A stretch of DNA of 52,588 bases from Methanobacteriota archaeon (GTDB taxonomy: Archaea; Thermoplasmatota; Thermoplasmata; RBG-16-68-12; SOIM01). Position numbers and translations under genes: made by a program. Of the stretch, positions 32,349 through 40,046 are shown one piece after another (position 1 is the stretch's first letter; every line of letters begins with the position of its first letter). Where the stretch lies: NCBI GenBank assembly GCA_020345725.1, contig CP070767.1, positions 179,215-231,802 of the forward strand. The letters are read 5' to 3'. The notes beneath the pieces were generated by a model. The model was not told the DNA's origin, did not search any database, and saw only the letters and a list, made by a program, of their open reading frames with translations.

Positions 32349-35300
32349 TTATTTTCGAGCAGCTATTGCGATCGGACTATCACACTCTGGACATATTGTG
32401 TCATTCATTCCGAGTTCATGTCCACAATTCTCGCAAGTATCAGGGGCCTCTGCACCGGCAGGTGTTTCCTCTCTCTTTCTTCTCTTGAGTGCAAGGAAGA
32501 GTAGAAGTATCAAGAATACGGCCGCCACAAGGATTGCCAGTATCCACCAGGGGAAAGCACCCACTTCCTGCGCGCTCGCCGTAACCCTGACCGTCATTGT
32601 GTCTGTGCCGGTATTTCCAGCCATGTCCTTGATCGTGAGAGTGACTTCGTACTCGCCAACTTCTCCGAACCTGAACTGGCCAGAACAGTCAGGGATTTCG
32701 AACTCCTCATTGAGATATGGGAAAGTCCAACTGCAATTATTGGGGTCTATTCCGCTTCCATCGATTCCGTCGTCCGAACCGCTGGAGTCAAATACCACAA
32801 TGTGCCCGACACTAATCTCAACGTCATCACCAGCATCGGCATTGGGGGACTGTGTGTCCAGAAAGACAGTGATATATCCGATAGTTCCCACATTACCAAC
32901 CCTGTCGATGCTCCCGAAGTATATCCTATGCTCTCCTTCAGTCATCGTTCCCGCGACGAGTGGACCCGAATAGGTTGATGTGCAGGCAGTGTCGTCTATT
33001 CCGTAACAAATGGAAGATACTCCAGATCCTTCACCATCGTCTGCAGTTATTGAGATCGTTGCCAGAGCGGTGTTGATGTAGTTTGTTTCTGTGCTATCAT
33101 ATCCTGGTATTACGCTCGTGGGTGCAGTGTTGTCCAGGTACAATATCTCGGTAACCTCGATCTCCTCCGTGCCCAACTCATCAGTGCTCTTGAAAAGGAC
33201 TTCTCTCTCCCCGTCATCTCCAGACAATTGGAGAGGTACACTGAACGCGGTCCAGTCTTCTATTACCACTCCGTCCTTCTTGATCTGATACCAAGTGGTT
33301 CCAGCTCCACTACCAGCTCCATCTTCAACTGTGAAGCTGATTGGCGTCATCGAGCTAACGTATGTAATGCTTGGAGCAGTGTGGTTTGGCTCACCAGTCA
33401 CCATTTGTGTGGTAGGGGCGGTGTTATCCAAATATACCTGGAATGTTCTCTCGCTTTCCTCGTTGTTGACATTGTCCTTGCTCTTGACGATAACATCCCA
33501 CAAACCGTCCTCACCCGTGAGGTAGATAGCTCCACCGGTGTAATGAGTCCAGTCAACTTCTATGATTCCGTCCTTCTTGATTTGGTATTGGGTGGAACTC
33601 TCTCCGCTTCCCAATCCATCATCAGCTGCGAAATAAATCGGGGTCTGGGAAGTGAGATAGGTAGTTCCAGAAGCATTGTGGTGTGGCGCACCTACACTCA
33701 TGTCGGATACAGGTGGGCTATTGTCCAAGTAGATATGTTCTGTCTTTGCAAGTTCCTCGTTGCCAAGTGTATCCCTGGCTTTGAATTTGACATATATCAA
33801 TCCGTCACTCTTGGAGCTCGAGATCGCAAAATTGCCTGTGTACGGGCTATATAGCGGCTCAGACTCTCCAAAGGCGTAGTAGAGATACTCGATGGATTCC
33901 ACTCCAACACCCGAATCGTCACTCGATGTCAGGTTGAGCGGTGTAAGCGAAGTTACATATGTGTTGGTACTGATTGGATCCGTGTACTGTGGGAACAAGA
34001 TGTTGAGTGAAGTGGTTGGAGCAGTTGTATCGATAGCGAAGGACCATGTGGCAGTAGATACGAGCGAATTGGTGTCAGCAACGGAGATGTAGACTTCATG
34101 GTCGCCATCATTCAAGGGTATTGCTGGTGTGAATTGAATGTCTCCTGAGGTCTTTATCGACATCGAGGTGACGTTCATTGAATCCACCTCCAGCACAACG
34201 CTTCCAAGATCAATCCCAGAAGTGTCAGCATAATCTGCCCCAATTGTTGGCTGGTTGCTGTTTATGATTGAGAGATGATCTGGCTGCAGGTTTGATATTA
34301 TCGGAGGTTGTGTGTCAACTATGAACCACCACGTCTCCACTGCTGTGTTTTTGGGGTTGGAATTGTCGCTTACCTGAAGATACACATCATGTACTCCATC
34401 AAGAAGTGGAACAAGGGGAACATAGGATACATCACCTGAAGTCACAGTAGCACTTGAAGTCACATCGATTGAATCCACCTTCAGGATCACACTTCCAGTG
34501 TCGATCCCTGACACATCGAAATAGAATGCGCTGATGGCGGGAGTCGTTTCAGTTGTAGAAGATTCATTTGCAGGCTGCGGGTTCATGATTGCAGGGGGTA
34601 ACGTGTCCACCACGAACCACCACGTTGCAGAGGCCTTGTTCTGATTGGAGGAATCGTCCATTACTTCCAGATACACGTCATGCGTGCCTTCCGTCAGTGG
34701 AATCAAAGGTGTATACGAGATGCCTGTGGCTGTTATTGTGGCATCGGCAGTGACGTCTACGCTGTCCACTTCCATCCGAACACTGCTGGTGTCGACTCCA
34801 GATTCATCCCAATATTCGGCACTGATAACCGGCACGTTTTCGCCTATGGTCGATTGGTTGGTGGGCAACGTGTTGTTGATCAGCGGTGGGGTGTAGTCAA
34901 TAGTCACTCCCGTTATGTCAACCATATCAATCCAATGAGTTATTGGCCCTGTAATGTGGTTGTAGAATCCCATCGCTACGTAGATCTCTCCCGTAGGTCC
35001 CGACGTGAACGTGTTCAGGTAACTGTACTCATACCATCCCACAGTCTGCCCGCTCATTCCGATCACAGTGAAGTCCGGATAGTCCTCAGGATCTGTCGTT
35101 CCCGCATACGCCAGTACTTCAAGAGGCGACCCAGTTGATTCGCTGTACAACTGGAAATTCACGCCAATGTCCAATGAGGTGCTTGCAGGAGCCTGGACAA
35201 TTCTCTCAATCCATACTGAAAGCTGCGGATAAGGTGGCGTGGGAAGCCCATGACAGAACAATTCAACTGAATAGGATCCGTCAAAAGCATATAAACTGGA

Positions 35301-35489
35301 TATCGCGACGTTGAAATATGCCGGGTCATAGTTGAAATCACCAACCCAATCGCCAAAACCGCCTTCAAAACTCTCGGATATCTGTGCCGAGCTGATCATC
35401 GAACCGTGCTGAAGCACTGTCAGTAGAACCAAGACACCAAGAACTGCAGAGGCTCTCCTCCGTGTTTGTACGCCCTTTCTTGTCATCAT
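32349..35489 (-). CDS. Large surface protein (1046 aa): signal peptide, N-terminal domain, three copies of the same Ig-like repeat, four copies of a second Ig-like repeat, PKD-like domain, TM helix, cytoplasmic zinc-ribbon tail
   Basis: Signal MMTRKGVQTRRRASAVLGVLVLLTVL. TM FPWWILAILVAAVFLILLLFLAL followed by KRRKREE. Tail CENCGHELGMNDTICPEC (CX2C-X10-CX2C). Located 13 nt upstream of the 1220-aa gene. Confidence 0.8.
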   Translation of the reverse strand: MMTRKGVQTRRRASAVLGVLVLLTVLQHGSMISSAQISESFEGGFGDWVGDFNYDPAYFNVAISSLYAFDGSYSVELFCHGLPTPPYPQLSVWIERIVQAPASTSLDIGVNFQLYSESTGSPLEVLAYAGTTDPEDYPDFTVIGMSGQTVGWYEYSYLNTFTSGPTGEIYVAMGFYNHITGPITHWIDMVDITGVTIDYTPPLINNTLPTNQSTIGENVPVISAEYWDESGVDTSSVRMEVDSVDVTADATITATGISYTPLIPLTEGTHDVYLEVMDDSSNQNKASATWWFVVDTLPPAIMNPQPANESSTTETTPAISAFYFDVSGIDTGSVILKVDSIDVTSSATVTSGDVSYVPLVPLLDGVHDVYLQVSDNSNPKNTAVETWWFIVDTQPPIISNLQPDHLSIINSNQPTIGADYADTSGIDLGSVVLEVDSMNVTSMSIKTSGDIQFTPAIPLNDGDHEVYISVADTNSLVSTATWSFAIDTTAPTTSLNILFPQYTDPISTNTYVTSLTPLNLTSSDDSGVGVESIEYLYYAFGESEPLYSPYTGNFAISSSKSDGLIYVKFKARDTLGNEELAKTEHIYLDNSPPVSDMSVGAPHHNASGTTYLTSQTPIYFAADDGLGSGESSTQYQIKKDGIIEVDWTHYTGGAIYLTGEDGLWDVIVKSKDNVNNEESERTFQVYLDNTAPTTQMVTGEPNHTAPSITYVSSMTPISFTVEDGAGSGAGTTWYQIKKDGVVIEDWTAFSVPLQLSGDDGEREVLFKSTDELGTEEIEVTEILYLDNTAPTSVIPGYDSTETNYINTALATISITADDGEGSGVSSICYGIDDTACTSTYSGPLVAGTMTEGEHRIYFGSIDRVGNVGTIGYITVFLDTQSPNADAGDDVEISVGHIVVFDSSGSDDGIDGSGIDPNNCSWTFPYLNEEFEIPDCSGQFRFGEVGEYEVTLTIKDMAGNTGTDTMTVRVTASAQEVGAFPWWILAILVAAVFLILLLFLALKRRKREETPAGAEAPDTCENCGHELGMNDTICPECDSPIAIAARK
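32850..34022 (-). repeat. Four tandem coding repeats (~97 aa) of a second Ig-like domain type
   Basis: aa 490-880. Recurrent pattern TYxTSxTPIxFxAxDGxGSGxxxxxYQIKKDG...W..Y.......EDG...V..KS.DxxxNEE......YLDNTAP. Confidence 0.7.
34023..34892 (-). repeat. Three tandem coding repeats of the same ~97-aa Ig-like domain found in the 1220-aa protein
   Basis: aa 200-489: ...YTPLIPLTEGTHDVYLEVMDDSSNQNKASATWWFVVDT..., matching the consensus of 29093-30856. Confidence 0.8.
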
Positions 35490-35697
35490 ATCATCCTGCC
35501 CTGCTCCTCAATCCAAGCTAAAATGACATGTTGGATACGTGAATTGGATTAACGTGCTATATATAAGAAATTTACTTAATTGACAATGAGAACTCCTCAA
35601 CGAGGCCACTGACCCGCATTGAGAAAAGGTTATTACTGTTCAACACACTTCACAAACGTCAGCGAGGATTCTGGCGAAAGGGGAGGAAGGATCTGGA

Positions 35698-36768
35698 ATG
35701 AGTGCCAGGTTGAAGAACCGCATACTCTGTCGGGGTGTCAGGGTCCCTGATGAGCTCAAGACTGGTAGGAAGAGCGGAGCAGGTCCTGCCGGCGGAAGAT
35801 ACCTGGAAGTTAACAATAGCGTTGTGAATGCCCCCATTTATGGCTTTTCGGAAAACTCACCAATATCACTTGAATTCTTTGACGGACGCTACTCTCTCGG
35901 GGACAATGGTGACACATGTCCCACCAATCTCATCGAAGAACCGTCATTCTACACCGGAAACACCTCGGACGGAATCCCGATGAAGAAGATAGCGCTTCAG
36001 CATGGAGTGAACTGTCTCGCCACAACCGTTTGTCAGAGATGTCTGTACTGGAGAACCGGAGAAGAGTGTTATTTCTGCGGCATAGAGCTCTCTCTGAAGC
36101 ACGACACCACAATTCCATCAAAGAGTCCAAGGCAACTGGCGGAAGTCGGTGCTTTGGCGGAAAAGGAAGGTTTCAATCACTGCACTCTCACAACCGGCAC
36201 ATCAAATCTGAGGGACAGAGGAGCAGAGCTCCTGGCGAAATCGGCGGAAGCGCTCAGAGATAACACTGGTATGAAAATCCATGTCCAGCTGGAGCCTGTT
36301 GATGGGGAATGGATATCGCTTCTGAAGGAAAGCGGAGCGGATACGATCGGAGTACACATCGAATCCCTGGATGCTCGAGTTTTTGGGACCAAATGTCCTG
36401 GAAAAGCCCATCAATGGGAGAAGTATTGGGAGACTTGGCACGACGCATTAGAAGTATTCGGAGATAATCAGGTCAGCTCGTACGTTATTCTCGGGCTGGG
36501 AGAAGAGGAAGAACCTTCAAAGAAGGGCATAGAGAGAATGTGCCAGTCTGGAATAATCCCTTATCTCGTGCCACTCAGACCTATCAATGGAACGAAACTG
36601 GAGAACGCTCTCCCACCAACTCCTGAGATAATGATGGAATACTACCTGTACGCCATTGATTGCATGAAGACCTATGGTGTCAACCCAACAAAGAATCTAG
36701 CTGGTTGCGTGAGATGCGGAGCCTGCTCTGCTTTGGTAGATTTCTATGAGGAATCTCATGCTTTCTGA
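35698..36768 (+). CDS. Radical-SAM-like TIM-barrel protein with a non-canonical Cys cluster (356 aa); possibly MSMEG_0568-family
   Basis: SD GGGGAGGA precedes the ATG. Cys cluster CLATTVCQRCLYWRTGEECYFC (C-x5-C-x2-C-x8-C-x2-C, nt 36013-36078). BioB/HydE-like downstream blocks (GADTIGVHIESLD, VILGLGEEEE). The subfamily call rests on gene context only. Confidence 0.6.
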   Translation: MSARLKNRILCRGVRVPDELKTGRKSGAGPAGGRYLEVNNSVVNAPIYGFSENSPISLEFFDGRYSLGDNGDTCPTNLIEEPSFYTGNTSDGIPMKKIALQHGVNCLATTVCQRCLYWRTGEECYFCGIELSLKHDTTIPSKSPRQLAEVGALAEKEGFNHCTLTTGTSNLRDRGAELLAKSAEALRDNTGMKIHVQLEPVDGEWISLLKESGADTIGVHIESLDARVFGTKCPGKAHQWEKYWETWHDALEVFGDNQVSSYVILGLGEEEEPSKKGIERMCQSGIIPYLVPLRPINGTKLENALPPTPEIMMEYYLYAIDCMKTYGVNPTKNLAGCVRCGACSALVDFYEESHAF

Positions 36769-37717
36769 TATTGTTGCAGGAGTTAGAAACTATCCAGGTT
36801 TGATAAGAAAGCACGCCATATCCAGGCTTGTTGATGTCCTCCGTCCAATTCAGGATTTCGGTGACACCGTTCTCGGCTTCGGAGAGGATGCAGCCGCCTT
36901 GAGATTGGGGAATGAGTTCCTTCTCTTCGCATCAGATGGCATCTGGTCGAAACTGCACGCGGACCCGAGATGGGCAGGTTACTGTTCTGTCTTGGTGAAC
37001 GTGAACGACATTTACGCGATGGGGGGCAAACCTTTCGCCTTGACAAACAACATATCGTTCACAAGCGAGGAGGAAGGAGAATTGGTGGCTGAAGGGATCA
37101 GGGATGCCTGCCAGAAGTTCGAAGTGCCAATGGTCGGAGGTCACACTCATCCAGATTCAGATTCTCTTACTGTTTCAGTTTCGGTAGTAGGTAGGGCAAG
37201 CAAGCTGATAACAAGCAGAGACTGCCAAGTGGGCGATGACTTGATTGTGGCGATTGATTTGGATGGGAGAAAGCGAGGGGAGTTCCTGAACTGGGATTCA
37301 ACTTCTCACAAGTCCTCAGAGGTTGCGCGCAATCAACTGGACAGTCTGATTGAAATCGCCCAAAAGGATTTGGCAACTGCGGGAAAGGACCTGTCGAACC
37401 CTGGTATTCTTGGGACAATTGGCATGTTGCTAGAGACTTCAGAAAAAGGAGCAGTCATAGATTTGGGTGTATTGCCCATCCCTGATGGAATAGATATGAC
37501 AGAATGGGTATTGATGTATCCTGGTTACGGATTCGTGCTATCTTGCCAAAAGGATAGAAGTAGCGAGATTTCTGAGGTTTTCCTAGAGAGGAACATCGAG
37601 GCATCAGTGATTGGTGAGGTCACTGAAGGAAGCAAGGTCACTCTGAAGCAATCAGGGGAAGAAGAGACTCTATTCGATTTCCAAATCGACTCGATAACCG
37701 GCATCAAGATGAGGTAG
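36746..37717 (+). CDS. AIR synthase-related (PurM/ThiL/HypE-fold) protein (323 aa; alternative ATG at 36758)
   Basis: FGEDAAAL, ASDGIW, VNDIYAMGGKP, VGGHTHPDS and DLSNPGILGT blocks typical of the PurM superfamily. Overlaps the stop of the upstream gene. Confidence 0.75.
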   Translation: MRNLMLSDIVAGVRNYPGLIRKHAISRLVDVLRPIQDFGDTVLGFGEDAAALRLGNEFLLFASDGIWSKLHADPRWAGYCSVLVNVNDIYAMGGKPFALTNNISFTSEEEGELVAEGIRDACQKFEVPMVGGHTHPDSDSLTVSVSVVGRASKLITSRDCQVGDDLIVAIDLDGRKRGEFLNWDSTSHKSSEVARNQLDSLIEIAQKDLATAGKDLSNPGILGTIGMLLETSEKGAVIDLGVLPIPDGIDMTEWVLMYPGYGFVLSCQKDRSSEISEVFLERNIEASVIGEVTEGSKVTLKQSGEEETLFDFQIDSITGIKMR

Positions 37718-37720
37718 TTC

Positions 37721-38200
37721 ATGATTGAGAAAGGACCGATTGTGGAGGAGTTTGGCGAAGAGGATTGTGAAGAGTTGGAGAATCTCTACCGAACTGTCTG
37801 GCCAACCGCTGCTGAGTACCCTGAGCACTGGAGACAGAACAGGATGTTGAGGTCGGATCAGGTTCGGGAGGAAATGAGGAAAGGAATCCGGTTCTTTGGA
37901 ATCAGGGATCAAGGAAAGATAGTCGGTGTTTACAAGGCCAGAATAACTGAAGACGAATGTTTTGGAGAACATCAATCCATTCTTGCCTCCCACAGAGGAA
38001 CTGGAATAGCCTCCCGGATGTACGACCAATTCAAGAAACTGGCAAAGGACAACGGTTGCAGGATAAATAGCGTCAACGTCCTCATGGGTCAGGAACCAAC
38101 GCTCAGATTAGTAGAAAAACATGGTTTCCACAAGGTCGGAGAACCCTTCGAGCAGTCGCCTGGGATGCTTGTCCAGAGGTTTGAAAGGAACGTTGATTAG
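37721..38200 (+). CDS. GNAT-family N-acetyltransferase (159 aa)
   Basis: Acetyl-CoA-binding block HRGTGIASRMYDQFKKLAKDNG (R/Q-x-x-G-x-G/A). Lies 3 nt after the AIR-synthase-related gene. Confidence 0.75.
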   Translation: MIEKGPIVEEFGEEDCEELENLYRTVWPTAAEYPEHWRQNRMLRSDQVREEMRKGIRFFGIRDQGKIVGVYKARITEDECFGEHQSILASHRGTGIASRMYDQFKKLAKDNGCRINSVNVLMGQEPTLRLVEKHGFHKVGEPFEQSPGMLVQRFERNVD

Positions 38201-38397
38201 ATCTCCAAATACATCTTGACGATACTTCCAATGACCAGTTTATCCTTGAGATCTTCCTGGACACGGAGCTCTACCTTCTCACCCCTCAAATCTTGAAGAG
38301 TAACTCTGAACATCTCCGGTTCTGGTTCTATCTCTTTGACCTCAAATGCGTTCACAAATTCCGTCATCTTATCCCTATTGGACAATGGGTGTAGCAT
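38197..38397 (-). CDS. Small hypothetical protein (66 aa)
   Basis: ATG ORF co-directional with the osmC-like gene upstream. Its 3' end overlaps the GNAT stop by 4 nt (convergent). No motif recognised. Confidence 0.35.
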   Translation of the reverse strand: MLHPLSNRDKMTEFVNAFEVKEIEPEPEMFRVTLQDLRGEKVELRVQEDLKDKLVIGSIVKMYLEI

Positions 38398-38419
38398 AAA
38401 ATAGATTTCTCAGAAGAAG

Positions 38420-38845
38420 CTATTCGGCTATGACTATCTCTGGCTTGACTTCAACTTCGGATTTTATGGAGTTGGCAATGAAGCATCTTGAATGTAGGAG
38501 CTCCAGAGCCCTCTCCGTCTTCCTCACGTCTTCCTCACTCTTCACCACAATCTTGGGTGTCAAGACTATTCTCGTGAAAGACAGAACTTTCTCTCCTTCT
38601 TCCAGATACCCAACCGCGTCACAGTCGTAGGACAAATACTCAATCCTCATCTTCTCAGCATATGCAATGAAAGTCATCAGAAAGCAAGTGTTCTCTGCAG
38701 CCACGAACAGCTCTTCCGGTGTTATGTAGCCTTCAACTCCCTTGAATTCAGGGGGAGAAGAGAAGTCCATGGCATTACCGCTCTCGGTCTCCAGACTGCA
38801 GATTCTGTTTTTCTTCCATGCCACCTTCGTGTTGTATTCGTACAT
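38420..38845 (-). CDS. OsmC/Ohr-family peroxiredoxin-like protein (141 aa)
   Basis: TPEELFVAAENTCFLMTF and HSRCFIANSI, the two conserved Cys contexts of the OsmC family. Confidence 0.75.
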   Translation of the reverse strand: MYEYNTKVAWKKNRICSLETESGNAMDFSSPPEFKGVEGYITPEELFVAAENTCFLMTFIAYAEKMRIEYLSYDCDAVGYLEEGEKVLSFTRIVLTPKIVVKSEEDVRKTERALELLHSRCFIANSIKSEVEVKPEIVIAE

Positions 38846-38859
38846 ACTTCACCATCCAT

Positions 38860-39990
38860 TCAGGAGGCCTTCCTCAAAGCCTTCCTGTAGACTTCCAAGG
38901 TTCCCTTTGCCGTCTTCTTCCAGGAGAACCCTTCCACCTTCTTTCTCGCGGCCTTTCCGAGCCTGGCTGCCAGCTTCTTGTCTGTAAGTATCTTAACCAT
39001 AGATTCTGCCAACCCTCTGACATCTCCACATTCCAACAGTACCCCACTCTTGCCATCATCGACGAGTTCCGGGATTCCTCCCACCCGGTAGGCAATCACG
39101 GGTTTCTCGAATGCCATTGCTTCCATGAGTGTCAGACCCCAGCCTTCCATTCGGGACGGGAGCACGAAGACATCGCATTCTCTGTAGTAGCGGGGCAACC
39201 TACCATCAGAGACGAAATCTTTGAACACCACATTCCTATGTATGCCAATCCTCTCGGCCAAATCCGCAAACATGTCCTTTTCATTGAAAAACTGTCCCCC
39301 GGTCAAGCCGCTCTTACCCACAATCGTTAGCTTTACATTGGGAATTCTATCAATCACCTGCTCGGCTGCCAGTAGAAGGAATTCAACACCCTTCCGAGCC
39401 TCAAGTCCGCCCACATACAGTATGGAAGGCCTCGAAGATGCCTTGTTGTCCCTGTTCCCTGTTCCAAACTTTGACAGATCGATGCCATTGTAGATTAGGT
39501 GAGTGTTCACTCCGAATTCCTTCTTCAAAGCCTCCTTCCAGTAATTCGAAACGACAATCTTCTCATCCAGTAGATGTACCGATTTCTCCTGTAGATTCGT
39601 AAGAGTACGTCCCCTGAACTCATCTATGTGGTGAATCGTCCTGACCGTAGGGGCATCCAAATTCCCAGAATCTTTGAGCTCGAACAAGGCATTGGCACCA
39701 ACACAATCCTGTGAATGATATATATCAAAATCTAGAGGCAGATTCTTTCTATAGGCTGCTATCATCCTCTTTACATCGCTCACGATCTTGCCAGTCGAGG
39801 AGTAATTGTATACTGAGTGTGGGACAGCGGTCTTTCTGTAGAATCCATCCTTGAAACCTCTTTCACCCTTCTTCTTCAAAGAGAATAGATGTACATCATG
39901 ACCCATGTCCGCCAAAGCCTCCGAAAGATTGAGGGCATGAACGACTCCTCCTCTTGGTTTGGTGCTGTATGTCAGCATAGCGATTTTCAC
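38860..39990 (-). CDS. GT-B (GT4-like) glycosyltransferase (376 aa from GTG 39990; the ORF track starts at TTG 39996)
   Basis: N-terminus (M)KIAMLTYSTKPRGGVVHALNLSEAL. C-terminal EGWGLTLMEAMAFEKPVIAYRVGGIPELV (E-x7-E). SD GGTGAT lies 6 nt before the GTG. It may belong to the MSMEG_0565 subfamily (unverified). Confidence 0.8.
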   Translation of the reverse strand: MKIAMLTYSTKPRGGVVHALNLSEALADMGHDVHLFSLKKKGERGFKDGFYRKTAVPHSVYNYSSTGKIVSDVKRMIAAYRKNLPLDFDIYHSQDCVGANALFELKDSGNLDAPTVRTIHHIDEFRGRTLTNLQEKSVHLLDEKIVVSNYWKEALKKEFGVNTHLIYNGIDLSKFGTGNRDNKASSRPSILYVGGLEARKGVEFLLLAAEQVIDRIPNVKLTIVGKSGLTGGQFFNEKDMFADLAERIGIHRNVVFKDFVSDGRLPRYYRECDVFVLPSRMEGWGLTLMEAMAFEKPVIAYRVGGIPELVDDGKSGVLLECGDVRGLAESMVKILTDKKLAARLGKAARKKVEGFSWKKTAKGTLEVYRKALRKAS

Positions 39991-40046
39991 TCGCAAATCA
40001 CCACTGCCATATCGATTTCCTGAGTATCTCTAGTTCGTATAAAACA

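Noticed and set aside
29093-34892. Regular ~290-nt periodicity that could superficially suggest a repeat array or CRISPR-like structure.
   Set aside because: The period is far too long, the copies are diverged, there are no short conserved direct repeats with unique spacers, and the whole region is one open reading frame per gene encoding Ig-like domain repeats.
35698-39990. Calling the locus a complete Nit1C cluster.
   Set aside because: No nitrilase (carbon-nitrogen hydrolase, Glu-Lys-Cys triad) or flavin monooxygenase ORF is present in or around the locus. Only the rSAM-like, AIR-synthase-like, GNAT and glycosyltransferase components can be argued.
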